DNA of 64,000 bases from a virus. The notes below the pieces were generated by a model that saw only the letters and a list, made by a program, of their open reading frames with translations, did no database searches and was not told the origin of the DNA. This document shows positions 40,101-49,440 of this stretch, one piece after another (the stretch's first letter is position 1; the number at the start of each line of letters is the position of its first letter). Both the position numbers and the translations under genes were made by a program. The DNA lies in IMG/VR virus record IMGVR_UViG_3300033047_000025, positions 2,648 to 66,647 of that record, one strand, 5' to 3'.

Positions 40101-40792
40101 CGAGACTCCAGGTGATGTGGGGAGATCGATTCGTTGAGAACTCCCTTCTCGATTTCGTCATCACTTAAAAGTGAAACATGATAAAGAAGGCTCGGGTCGC
40201 TCGGCATTCTGCCGATATGCTTAGCTATCGCTGACGACGTGTTGATCTCACGTATCTGATGGCTGTTAAGGCCGACTTTTTCGGTCATGTCTGGGAACGC
40301 AACCTCCATTTTGACACCGCTGGATTCCGATTCACACAAGCGACGTATGGTTCGCAGTAGTTCCTTGTTGTGGCGGATCCTAGCCTTTTCTACCTTTATG
40401 AATTGTATGTTCATGATGTACTCCCAAAAAATCTTGCTACCTCGTGGCATTGGCCTGCTGGGGCCAAATGTCTTGCGCGCATGGCTACGCTCCATCTTAT
40501 CGATCTCGTCATTATACCCTTGTTTCAGTCGCTGTGGGGCAATTTCCTTCTGCAGGCAGAGATCCATCATCTGCTCAATCACTTCTTCCGGCAAGTCACC
40601 AGGATCATCCTTGCCGTCACGTGATACCTCACACCTCTTGGAGCAGTAGCCCCATATCTGAGGACCCTCGAAGTCGACTCCACACGTGGAGCAGTGTTGT
40701 CGCCACTTCGTGGCTCGGCGCTTCTCCTTAGGCCACCTAAACGGTCGTGGCATCATCGTCGCCTCCCGGATCGAATCTCTTAATCTCCCCAT
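40097..40792 (-). CDS. hypothetical protein with CxxC...CSxxC zinc finger
   Basis: CSTCG...YCSKRC. Confidence 0.6.
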   Translation of the reverse strand: MGRLRDSIREATMMPRPFRWPKEKRRATKWRQHCSTCGVDFEGPQIWGYCSKRCEVSRDGKDDPGDLPEEVIEQMMDLCLQKEIAPQRLKQGYNDEIDKMERSHARKTFGPSRPMPRGSKIFWEYIMNIQFIKVEKARIRHNKELLRTIRRLCESESSGVKMEVAFPDMTEKVGLNSHQIREINTSSAIAKHIGRMPSDPSLLYHVSLLSDDEIEKGVLNESISPHHLESR

Positions 40793-41090
40793 CCTTGCCC
40801 ATGGCGATCATCGCCCCCCCGGACAAGGCGCCAACCACTCTGTTGGTTTTCTCTATGTGAGATACGATGTCATTGATTGCAATCTCGGTGTCAGCCTGTC
40901 GTTTCTTTATAGCCTCATGGATAACTGCGCTTGATTGGTGTAGATAGGAAAGCTGATGAATAAGTTTCATGCACTCATTGTTCTTGGAGCAATTATCCCT
41001 AGCCGAGTCCATCGCCCGTAGCGCAAGCCAGATAGCTACGATCGTGTTGAAAAAAACGATGATCGTCAAATACATAGCGGATCCGTCCAT
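40737..41090 (-). CDS. hypothetical membrane-anchored coiled-coil protein
   Basis: N-terminal hydrophobic helix. Confidence 0.6.
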   Translation of the reverse strand: MDGSAMYLTIIVFFNTIVAIWLALRAMDSARDNCSKNNECMKLIHQLSYLHQSSAVIHEAIKKRQADTEIAINDIVSHIEKTNRVVGALSGGAMIAMGKDGEIKRFDPGGDDDATTV

Positions 41091-41120
41091 GGATCAAATG
41101 CTAAGGCCTATTCTATCCCT

Positions 41121-41435
41121 TCACAACCCTGGACCAAGAAGAAGCCTCGCTTCTGCCCTGGTAGAAGCGGCGTCGCATTCAATCTCAGTATCAGCCCTGT
41201 CCATTAGGACGAAATACTTCTCCACGTCCCAGATAGGCATTCTGAATGTGTCCACTACCATATTCGCGTTACGGTAGGCAAGGGCCTTTAGGCAAGAAGT
41301 CGAGCATGTCGTTCTGAGCTGATTATTTACGCCCATTGGCGTAATCGTGCCGCAGTTTCTACACTCGATGCTTTTCTTTCCTCCTATAAACTTGCGCTTT
41401 GTATTTTGACAACTTGGCCCTTTAGGCTTTCGCAT
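41121..41435 (-). CDS. hypothetical zinc-finger protein
   Basis: CRNCG...TCSTSC; start uncertain. Confidence 0.5.
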   Translation of the reverse strand: MRKPKGPSCQNTKRKFIGGKKSIECRNCGTITPMGVNNQLRTTCSTSCLKALAYRNANMVVDTFRMPIWDVEKYFVLMDRADTEIECDAASTRAEARLLLGPGL

Positions 41436-42454
41436 ACCGCCTCGACTGTTTTCGTTTTTAGCAGAGAGTTTGGCCCCTCCGTAAAATACTTTCCGCTTGG
41501 GAACTTCCAATCTACTTCTCTCGCATCCTTGTCAGCTTTGACGATCTCTGCGTTCGTGATACCCGGCAACGTAATGTGCATATGGCAACCATTCCGCTGC
41601 TCCTTAGAATCAAGCAACTTCTTATTTAGGTCACAAGAGAACGTCCTGTCGACACCAACTGAACAGTCTAGGCACGTCCTACAGGACATCTCTGCGTTAT
41701 CCTCATTGTGGCAAAGATCGAAGTGCGTGCAAGGATATTCAACACCCTCCTTGGACCTATAGAGGCAGGGCGCAAAACTTCGGTCCATTCGGTCTGGGGC
41801 CGAGGCTAGGACTGAGATACCTTTTACCCGGTCTAGTGCTGCCTGAGCCTTCACCTCGTCAAAGGCTAGGAACTCGCAGTGCAGCTCGTCGGTATCCTTC
41901 TCGACAGCCATGTAGAAGGCATATTTGAGACCAGTGCCGAGCATGTAGATTTGCATCTGGATCCAGTGCTCACGCTTGCCGGACCTAACACCCTTGCTCT
42001 TGACGCGGGCAAAGGACTTCTTTGAGTGCGTCTTGAACTCCAGCAGTACTTCCTGACCCTCAAATAGTCCTGGGAAGATAGCAATGCCGTCTAAAGACCC
42101 TCCAACGTGCCCCCATCGAACACGGAACTGCTCTTTCGTGTCTGGGTCGACATCGTTCACGGTAACGCCGGCAGCGCGAAGCTCTTTTACAAACCTGTCC
42201 TCCTCTAGGTGTCCGCGATCGAACAACCGAAGAAGCTGGTGACCGTGATCTGGATCTGTAGCCCATCTAAAGTCTAGCCATATCTTACGATCGCAACTAT
42301 GGCCTGCCCCACTCGCACCTAGATGGTCCCTGCGGAAATCACCTTCCCCGGCCTTTCGAGCAGCGAATACTTCGATCATGACAGACTCAGATGCCTGTGC
42401 GAGCTTGTCTTTTAGACTGACCTTAGACTTTTCCTTGAGCTTTACTTTTGCCAT
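41384..42454 (-). CDS. Cas4-like PD-(D/E)xK exonuclease
   Basis: HLGAS..GHSC.R, RGH.EE, GSLDG, LEFKT, QMQ.YM and C-terminal Cys clusters; ATG at 42454. Confidence 0.9.
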   Translation of the reverse strand: MAKVKLKEKSKVSLKDKLAQASESVMIEVFAARKAGEGDFRRDHLGASGAGHSCDRKIWLDFRWATDPDHGHQLLRLFDRGHLEEDRFVKELRAAGVTVNDVDPDTKEQFRVRWGHVGGSLDGIAIFPGLFEGQEVLLEFKTHSKKSFARVKSKGVRSGKREHWIQMQIYMLGTGLKYAFYMAVEKDTDELHCEFLAFDEVKAQAALDRVKGISVLASAPDRMDRSFAPCLYRSKEGVEYPCTHFDLCHNEDNAEMSCRTCLDCSVGVDRTFSCDLNKKLLDSKEQRNGCHMHITLPGITNAEIVKADKDAREVDWKFPSGKYFTEGPNSLLKTKTVEAVCESLKGQVVKIQSASL

Positions 42455-42471
42455 AATCTCATTGTGTTCGT

Positions 42472-42511
42472 AAAAAAACGGGGAGCGACATACCAAAGAA
42501 TCGCTCCCCGT
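42472..42511 (-). terminator. intrinsic terminator after the SSB gene
   Basis: 11-bp stem ACGGGGAGCGA/TCGCTCCCCGT with T tract on the minus strand. Confidence 0.8.
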
Positions 42512-42547
42512 AAAGGACCGCTAGGATAGCGGCGGCTGGTCCTTAGA

Positions 42548-43021
42548 CTACCAGGGCAAAGGCTTCTTCTGACCGACGGATTGTGTCACAGGGGCAGGAG
42601 TGTCATTCTCCGTTGGGACGGGTCCGATGTCACGGACATCATTACCTGCAGGGTAGTCTCCCTTTGCAGGCTTCTCGATAACCTTAACGCCAACGTGTGC
42701 GCCAAGAAAGTCTTCGGCGTTCTGGGGGTTTCGTCCCGACACAATGGCGATGCGAGACATGTGCTTCTTGGCGATGTTGCGGGCAGTGTCGTTGGCGCTA
42801 CCGTAAACGAAGCTCGCAAAGATGAGGCGGTTGATGTGCTGACCAGATTGGACCATGAAGGTGACACTTAGCATCTTGTCACCGGCCTTCGTGTCCTTCA
42901 TCTCAGCTCGGTCGATCTTGGTGTCATACCAGCCTGCGGGCAGTGGGGTGAAGTCACCACCTCCCGTCTCTACAGTCGCAATAGCCTCATCGGTGAGGTC
43001 GAATCCAAACATGTTTGTCAT
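42548..43021 (-). CDS. DUF669-family ssDNA-binding protein
   Basis: FTPLPAGWY...I..AE.K.TKAG; C-terminal LPW. Confidence 0.88.
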   Translation of the reverse strand: MTNMFGFDLTDEAIATVETGGGDFTPLPAGWYDTKIDRAEMKDTKAGDKMLSVTFMVQSGQHINRLIFASFVYGSANDTARNIAKKHMSRIAIVSGRNPQNAEDFLGAHVGVKVIEKPAKGDYPAGNDVRDIGPVPTENDTPAPVTQSVGQKKPLPW

Positions 43022-43064
43022 ATCGTGTTTTCCTTTACTGTCTTTGAAATGGTTCTGCGAGCCC

Positions 43065-43093
43065 AGACTACAGGCTCACGTGTGTGATGTCAA
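43065..43093 (-). promoter_or_regulatory. sigma70-type promoter for the SSB gene
   Basis: Minus strand TTGACA-N17-TAGTCT. Confidence 0.7.
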
Positions 43094-43096
43094 CAA

Positions 43097-43819
43097 CTAC
43101 GCTCGCAGTCCAGTCTCTAATTCTGACCACGATAGCGGGATGGTTGGCGGCAGGTTGTACCGATTCTTCGCAGTCCAAGCGGCCTTCTCTACGGTGTGAA
43201 GCACGCGCTTACCGGTGCTGATGCCACGCTTACGCTCGCTGTTGTTTGTCGACACAACGTTGGTTTCGTGGTTCGCGAACAGGATGGCGTCGGCCCAGTC
43301 ACACAGTAGGGCCTTGGCTCGCTTGTGGAGTCTCAGATCCCATCTGTCGTAGCCGTCGGAGTCCGGTGATTCGAACCGAACCACGGTAGAGTGCGCGATC
43401 ATAATGATCATCATTCCTTTGTCACGCAAGATGTCGAGACCCTTAAGAAGGTCTCGCCAGATATCGCCAGCCTTGTCATAGCCCTTACCGTATCCGAAGT
43501 CGGCGATCGACTCCTTGCCGTCGGCTTCGCATACGTTTGCCCACACCATAGGCTCCATGGCGTCGGCGCAGTCGATCACTAGGGTTTCGTAGTCGTGATC
43601 CTCGGAGATCAACGAACCGATATCTTCCCTCACTTCGCTTAGAGACTTCGGCTGAGGGAACGCATCGACATCGAGCGAGCACAGACCGTCCTCGATAGGG
43701 ATGAATACTGGCTTCGGTGCGGCGGCGGCAATGGTGGTCTTTCCGACACCAGGGACGCCATAGATGACTAAGCGCGGTGGCTTGGCGAGATTCTTTTGGA
43801 TGCTTGCTAGGTTACTCAT
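43097..43819 (-). CDS. AAA_24/Sak4-like ATPase (single-strand annealing)
   Basis: YGVPGVGKTT, TLVID, FGYGKGY, IAH and AKNRYNLP motifs. Confidence 0.92.
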   Translation of the reverse strand: MSNLASIQKNLAKPPRLVIYGVPGVGKTTIAAAAPKPVFIPIEDGLCSLDVDAFPQPKSLSEVREDIGSLISEDHDYETLVIDCADAMEPMVWANVCEADGKESIADFGYGKGYDKAGDIWRDLLKGLDILRDKGMMIIMIAHSTVVRFESPDSDGYDRWDLRLHKRAKALLCDWADAILFANHETNVVSTNNSERKRGISTGKRVLHTVEKAAWTAKNRYNLPPTIPLSWSELETGLRA

Positions 43820-43868
43820 GTTTGGTTTTGCCTGCTCTAACGTTACAGGCTGATCCCCAAAAAATCAA

Positions 43869-46106
43869 CTAATTCTTCCGCGATCTGTATGTCGTCGCTG
43901 GCCGGCCATCACCCGTCGATACGACTTCCTCAACGTCGCCTGCTTCGATCAGGTGAGAGAGGGCATCCGAGCGCTGCTTTGCGGTCGAAGTCCTAACGGC
44001 TCGTGCGAGATTGCTACGAGTCGCGCCCTTCCTGGGGTGCTTAGCGATCTCCTTGAGCAGGCATCGCTGGAGTACTTCGTGGTCGTTATCGCCTCCCGCT
44101 AGCGACATCTCAGACTTCGTGCGGTTTATGCTCCACCGTACGAACAGCTCAGCCATTCCGACATGCCTCAGTGTGACCTCACTAGTCTTCTCGCCGCAAG
44201 CGAACACCGTGGCCACCCGACGAATTGTCTCTGGCGCGCGAACCCAAAGGCCAGCACCGTCAGACTGCGATCCTGACGTGGCCTCCTTGCGGCGAAGTTC
44301 TTTTACTTCCTCGCTAATCTCGGTCAGTCGGTCAGTAGATTCTTTGCTATACGTAGCAACGATAGGTGTCCAGTTACCACCTGAGTCAGCTACAAATCCC
44401 TTTGGTCTCAACCAGCTTGCAACGTCCTCTAGGCGATTTATAATGGCCCCACGACTTTTGCCCATGGATCTCTTTTCTTCCGACACGCTGTCAGGTATGT
44501 CGTTGTCGACTCGGATGAACAGTAGGCGATTTGTCAATCCGTCTATATTCGACCTAGCGCCTAGCGACTCGTAGACCTTATTCGGCGTGCTGACTCCATA
44601 GATGGTCAGGCAGGGGGCCGTGAGACTTACGGACGGTCGGGACTTAGGGTCTGCATACGCGACACCGCTAATCACCTTGTCGGTCGACGAACCCCAGACT
44701 TCCATGAACAGCGAGCGCATCTGCCGCTTGTTTGTGTTGGCGCCATCATTGGCTACACTGAGCCAGTCGCCAAACTCATCGATCGCAGCCACTCGACCGA
44801 ACCTTGTGTAGGTGTCTGTGTCCTGGTTGGATAGCTCTCTCCTCAGTGCAGCGTCGGATGTCCAGTCGCTTGAGCATACGATACCGCCGCAACCGATCTC
44901 GGTGAGAAGGGACGAAACAGCGTTCTTGCTGGCGTCCTTGCCGCAACCAGACTCACCGAGCCCGACGATATACAGGTGGTTGAAGCGACCGTCGCCAGTT
45001 CGGACGATTGAACCCATCAAACCGTTCACGATGGCCATAGCAGCGCCAAAACCTAGCGCCGGCTGCGGGAAATCATCGTTTACGTGGCCAATGTAGTGGG
45101 TCAGATCACCGATCAGTCCCGGCACGTTGAGCAGTTCGGACGGGAACTTCTCCTTACCTTTCTCGATATGTTCGAACAGCTTGGATGCATCTTCAGACGG
45201 CTGGTAAGGCTCATCAGGAAGGCCAGAAGCATCGATCCAACCGCTCTCTTTGGCGCGATGGAACATCGACCCAAGGGTTACCTCAGACCCGTCAAGACGA
45301 AGCTCTCGGAACGATTGCCAGCGTAGCCTGCACTCACGTTCGTCGAACGCTCCATAGTTGTGCGATGACCACTCCGACCAAAGTGAGTAAGCTTGGGACT
45401 TGGCGAACGTGCTCTTGAGAGCCATGCCAACCATTACCCACGTGTCGTGGTCGTGGTTATCGATCTCCGATAGGGCAGACCTTATCCTTGCGACCTCGCC
45501 GTCACTCATCTTCATCGCCTTACCGGAATCTATGCCGACCGACGAAGATGGGCCACGACATGCAACCACGATATCGAGGACCCACTGTGGGGCCTGCGTA
45601 ATGGCGCTAGTCCCATCCTCCTCCTCCTCCTCGAACGGGTCACCCTCCGCCCACTCTCGGCCAGGATCAGACGGGCTAGGCACGATGAAGTAGCCACCGT
45701 CGCCACGGCAGTCGATACCGGAGTCCTTGATCACGTTGTTTGTGGTCGTGATCCGCTGCCCAGGGTGGATGTAGACGATATGGCTACCCCCAGACGGGGT
45801 AGAAGCCATCAGTCCACGGTTATCATCCCCGAAATCCTGCTGGGCGAACTCCCACGCTTGCACGCCGTCCCGAGCGTTACCGTGGTTTCTGTCCAGGTCA
45901 ATGACGAATATGCCCGACTTGAGACAGGCTACACCGATACCGGCAGACCCCCACTTGCCCCACCATTCTTTAATCTGGTCCGGGCAAGTCGTCGCCGCGT
46001 GGAATCCGGTGGCAACCAGAGGGCGCTTATCCGGGCCTACCGGGAAAACTGACCATCCGATCTCCGCATACTGCAGCGCGGAAAGAAGCTGAGGGTGGTC
46101 AGTCAT
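43869..46106 (-). CDS. bifunctional primase-polymerase with PriCT-2 and DUF3987-like ATPase/helicase domains
   Basis: WSVFPV, IDLD, TPSGGSH, DCRGDGGY; HDTWVMVGMAL; GESGCGKD, IDEFG. Confidence 0.92.
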   Translation of the reverse strand: MTDHPQLLSALQYAEIGWSVFPVGPDKRPLVATGFHAATTCPDQIKEWWGKWGSAGIGVACLKSGIFVIDLDRNHGNARDGVQAWEFAQQDFGDDNRGLMASTPSGGSHIVYIHPGQRITTTNNVIKDSGIDCRGDGGYFIVPSPSDPGREWAEGDPFEEEEEDGTSAITQAPQWVLDIVVACRGPSSSVGIDSGKAMKMSDGEVARIRSALSEIDNHDHDTWVMVGMALKSTFAKSQAYSLWSEWSSHNYGAFDERECRLRWQSFRELRLDGSEVTLGSMFHRAKESGWIDASGLPDEPYQPSEDASKLFEHIEKGKEKFPSELLNVPGLIGDLTHYIGHVNDDFPQPALGFGAAMAIVNGLMGSIVRTGDGRFNHLYIVGLGESGCGKDASKNAVSSLLTEIGCGGIVCSSDWTSDAALRRELSNQDTDTYTRFGRVAAIDEFGDWLSVANDGANTNKRQMRSLFMEVWGSSTDKVISGVAYADPKSRPSVSLTAPCLTIYGVSTPNKVYESLGARSNIDGLTNRLLFIRVDNDIPDSVSEEKRSMGKSRGAIINRLEDVASWLRPKGFVADSGGNWTPIVATYSKESTDRLTEISEEVKELRRKEATSGSQSDGAGLWVRAPETIRRVATVFACGEKTSEVTLRHVGMAELFVRWSINRTKSEMSLAGGDNDHEVLQRCLLKEIAKHPRKGATRSNLARAVRTSTAKQRSDALSHLIEAGDVEEVVSTGDGRPATTYRSRKN

Positions 46107-46192
46107 AGGGGTGAAAACTCCCGTACGGCCATGAAAAAACCGTACGGGACGGGCGAGGTCAAAAATTGACACTCACGACCGGAGAGGTGCAA

Positions 46193-46221
46193 ACCCTAAC
46201 GACTCCTGGGACCATTGTCAA
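46193..46221 (-). promoter_or_regulatory. sigma70-type promoter for the primase gene
   Basis: Minus strand TTGACA-N17-TAGGGT; leader hairpin CCCGTACGG/CCGTACGGG at 46120-46148. Confidence 0.6.
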
Positions 46222-46466
46222 GCGTTGGTTGCTCTCTCCTCGCGCAAGGATTCGATCACGCCGCCCGGAACGTAAAACCCCTGCTCACTCAGAAATTGTA
46301 GGCGGTCGGCGCACTCACCGGGAGTGCCATCCAGGAACGTCTCGCCAGCGTGCTCTTTGTCGATGACAACAAACAAGTCGCTCCTATTATATAGGTCCAG
46401 TCGTTGCCCTGCAACATGTGTGACCTAGTATCCGTCTACATGCTCATATACATAAACATCGCTCAT
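46218..46466 (-). pseudogene. phage hypothetical gene interrupted by an in-frame TAG
   Basis: MSDVYVYEHVDGY*VTHVAG...AGETFLDGTPGECADRLQFLSEQGFYVP...; TAG at 46425-46427; fills the helicase-primase gap. Confidence 0.7.
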
Positions 46467-46475
46467 GACATTCTA

Positions 46476-48197
46476 CTAAAACGGCAGGTCTTCGAGGTCA
46501 CCAAGGACCAATGGACCCGGCTCGTCCTCGGTCTCATCTCCGGCTTCGCGCTCGATATAGAGACGATCGGTCACTGACGGAAATGATCCGCTCTCATTCA
46601 CGCGCAGATGTGTCGGTGGTGTTAGTTCGGACAGTCGGTCCATCGCTTCGTCCGTGCTCTCCGGCGCCGGCATATCGCCGCCGAGCGAGCCCCATGCCTG
46701 ACTGGCCTTACGTCGCATAAAGTCGCCATGACTGAAGCAGAGCCACTCGCTGACATCGGTGACCATATTGATGGTGTAAGTAATCCTTAGAGAGTCAGGC
46801 TTGCCGGCCTTCTGATGGCGCCTAGTCCTCATGTTCTGTACGCTGACCGCTGGGATTTCCGCTGGGCCAACATCATCGCTGATAACCGCAAGATACGACG
46901 GGCTAGCTTCGTGCTTGACTATTTCCCTGTCGGGAAACTCGTGCCCGCATGCTGGACAGACAAGCACGCCGGAAGGGCACAGTTCCTGACACTTGGGGCA
47001 CTCTTTGACGGGTGGCGTGCCGTCCCCTTCGCCGGGCTCCCGAACACGGATGTTGTCCAGTGGACCATGGCGCTCAATGTTTCCGGCAAAATCTAAAATC
47101 AAGCAATTTGATTTTTCTGGAGCAGTGCGTAGCCCACGCCCCACGATCTGAACGTGAAGCCCCGGAGACATGGTTGGACGCATTAGGGCGATCAGGTCAA
47201 CGTGCGGCGCATCGAATCCAGTCGTCAGGACGCCAACCGAGACCATGGCCCTGACTTTCTGGGCCTTGAAGTCCGCGATCATGTCGCGTCGCTCGGCCTT
47301 CGGAGTGTGACCCATGACTAACGAGCACGTGTAGCCGCGCCGCTTGACTTCGTCCACGATCATCTCAGCGTGCTTGCGACCCGAAGCGAAGAACAACCAA
47401 CCTTTGCGACTCTCTCCCCTGGAAATCACCTCGTCGACAGCGCTGGAGACATTATCTCCATCCATAGCTGCGCCTTCTAGCTGACCACTATTGAAGTCAC
47501 CGCCGGACTTTGCTACGCCCTCGACGTTGATCCTGCTCTTCGTGGCCTTGCTAGTGACTCGACACAGGTGGCCACGATCCATCAGTTCTAGCAGCGGAAT
47601 GTCGTAGACGAGTTCGTCAAACAGCTTGCCGACACCCTTGTGAAGGTATCCGCTGTCGGTTCGGAATGGTGTCGCTGTCAGGCCGATTACGCGCATGTTT
47701 GGACGCATCGTTCGGAGGGCTTTGAATACCGATAGGTATTGTCCGCTACCTTTCTTTGGAATTAAATGCGCCTCATCGACAATCACGAAGTCTGCTGCGC
47801 CTATCTTGCCAAGCGCCCGACTACCAGACTGGATCCCAGCGAACAAGATCGGAGCCTCGTGCTCCTTGCGGCCTAGACCAGCAGAAAAAACACCGACAGG
47901 AGCGTCAGACCAGTATGACTTGAGCGCCGCTTCATTCTGCTCAATCAGCTCCTTGACGTGCGTCAACATCATGATGCGCGTACCTGGTTTCATCTTCCAC
48001 GCCTCGTGACAGATGCCGGCAAGAATCATCGACTTGCCTGATCCTGTCGGAGCCGAGATCAGAGGATTGCCAGTCGATGTGTTGCGCATGTAGTCCCACA
48101 CCGCCTCGATGGCGTCGGACTGGTAATCGCGAAGCGTGATGCCTGGGGACGGGGGAGCGTAACCAGACCAGTTGTCGTAGATACTCGGTAGCTTCAT
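46476..48197 (-). CDS. SF2 DEAH helicase (RadD/YejH-like) with zinc ribbon
   Basis: LRDYQ, APTGSGKS, DEAH, LTATP, TTGFDAP, GRGLR and CPKC..CPAC motifs. Confidence 0.95.
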   Translation of the reverse strand: MKLPSIYDNWSGYAPPSPGITLRDYQSDAIEAVWDYMRNTSTGNPLISAPTGSGKSMILAGICHEAWKMKPGTRIMMLTHVKELIEQNEAALKSYWSDAPVGVFSAGLGRKEHEAPILFAGIQSGSRALGKIGAADFVIVDEAHLIPKKGSGQYLSVFKALRTMRPNMRVIGLTATPFRTDSGYLHKGVGKLFDELVYDIPLLELMDRGHLCRVTSKATKSRINVEGVAKSGGDFNSGQLEGAAMDGDNVSSAVDEVISRGESRKGWLFFASGRKHAEMIVDEVKRRGYTCSLVMGHTPKAERRDMIADFKAQKVRAMVSVGVLTTGFDAPHVDLIALMRPTMSPGLHVQIVGRGLRTAPEKSNCLILDFAGNIERHGPLDNIRVREPGEGDGTPPVKECPKCQELCPSGVLVCPACGHEFPDREIVKHEASPSYLAVISDDVGPAEIPAVSVQNMRTRRHQKAGKPDSLRITYTINMVTDVSEWLCFSHGDFMRRKASQAWGSLGGDMPAPESTDEAMDRLSELTPPTHLRVNESGSFPSVTDRLYIEREAGDETEDEPGPLVLGDLEDLPF

Positions 48198-48223
48198 GGT
48201 CTCTTACATTACTTACTTACAGC

Positions 48224-48523
48224 TCACTCGTCAAACTTTATTTCATGTATTGGTGTTCCTAGTCGCTTTCTCATGCTCTTCATGTCCTCACCAGGGACAA
48301 AGTCTTCAAGGGTGAGAGGCCGAGCGATGATCCACTTCTGGCTAGCGAGTATGAATGCCTTCTTCTTCCTCGCCTTGATTCTTTGGGCGAAGATCAAGCG
48401 ATCTGCTTTTCGGCACCTTTTGCAGTACTTATGCCTGCTTAGGCCACTGTCCCTATTCTTCTGATGGAACATATGGAGACCTCCTACGAAGCCGCACCGT
48501 AGGCATTCCTTGGTCTCATCCAC
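48224..48523 (-). CDS. hypothetical zinc-finger protein
   Basis: KECLRCG...YCKRC. Confidence 0.65.
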   Translation of the reverse strand: MDETKECLRCGFVGGLHMFHQKNRDSGLSRHKYCKRCRKADRLIFAQRIKARKKKAFILASQKWIIARPLTLEDFVPGEDMKSMRKRLGTPIHEIKFDE

Positions 48524-48771
48524 TACCGGCTACGGACTTCCTTCATCAGATTCATCCCTTCGACCCCAGCAGTGTAGTCACTCAAGATCGTCGACTCTGC
48601 GTCGGATCCCCTGAGTCCGTAGAAGCCCAACTGAGCCTCTATGCACTTCCAGCCTTTCATCAGATCATCCATGTCGAGGGCATCAGCTAGAGCCTCCGTG
48701 AGAGCGCTGTCAATGACGTCAGCATTCGACATCGAACGAGGTGCGTAGATGTTTGGTTCGTCGTCGTCCAT
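48523..48771 (-). CDS. hypothetical protein
   Basis: Coupled acidic ORF. Confidence 0.6.
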   Translation of the reverse strand: MDDDEPNIYAPRSMSNADVIDSALTEALADALDMDDLMKGWKCIEAQLGFYGLRGSDAESTILSDYTAGVEGMNLMKEVRSR

Positions 48772-49154
48772 TACAGGTAAATGACAAATTGTCCGAACTG
48801 AGTGGAGAGCAACACTTGTCCGTTCAAGACGATAGTGTTCCAGTTTCCAGTGGATCCGTCACCCTGAGTAATGAACGTGCCTTCGCCGTTGTAGTAGACT
48901 GACCCGTAAAAAAACTCGGACCCATAAGCGGCCGAATACGATCCAGATGTGTCACTGGATGAGTAGATGACCAGCTCCGCGCCAGCCGAGTAGTAAGGGC
49001 CACCTGAGATCGTGGCCACGTCAGCAAACCCGTCTGGTCGCAAACCTCCAGAGTAAGTGACGACGTAAGTGGTTTTTGGCTGGTCATCCCTGCAAGAGGG
49101 TAATGCGACCAGGGTGAGGAAGGCGAGCATTCTGATGATGTTCATTTGTGTCAT
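48771..49154 (-). CDS. putative lipoprotein
   Basis: MTQMNIIRMLAFLTLVALPSC lipobox; beta-rich mature region. Confidence 0.65.
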   Translation of the reverse strand: MTQMNIIRMLAFLTLVALPSCRDDQPKTTYVVTYSGGLRPDGFADVATISGGPYYSAGAELVIYSSSDTSGSYSAAYGSEFFYGSVYYNGEGTFITQGDGSTGNWNTIVLNGQVLLSTQFGQFVIYL

Positions 49155-49261
49155 TCTACAGGCTATCGACCTCCTGGTCAATGCTTCTTTAGCTTGATCA
49201 CTGGCGATCAGTTTCCGGGTGAAATGCCCGATTGTCGATCGCATGCGATCGGGTGAATAAT

Positions 49262-49314
49262 CGTCGAGGGCTAGGAATCGAACCTAGCGACCTCCCTCTC
49301 TGAGCTACCTCGAC
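49262..49314 (-). ncRNA. tRNA-like element lacking the anticodon arm
   Basis: GTCGAGG-TAGCTCAGAGAGGG-AGGTC-GCTAGG-TTCGATT-CCTAGC-CCTCGAC-G: perfect 7-bp acceptor stem, TAGCTCAG D-arm start, canonical T loop. Confidence 0.75.
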
Positions 49315-49440
49315 TTATTGTCACCCTTACCGTTGCCGATTACTTCCACCAGAAACCAAGCGACTAGCACCGGAATGACGACCATGGATAGAAGTAATAG
49401 AGCGTCTATGAGTCGGGAACGCTCAGGCAAAGATTCCATG

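Noticed and set aside
49262-49314. Functional tRNA gene or tRNA-Sec (selC)
   Set aside because: There is no anticodon arm, no UCA anticodon and no long variable arm; it is reported only as a tRNA-like element.
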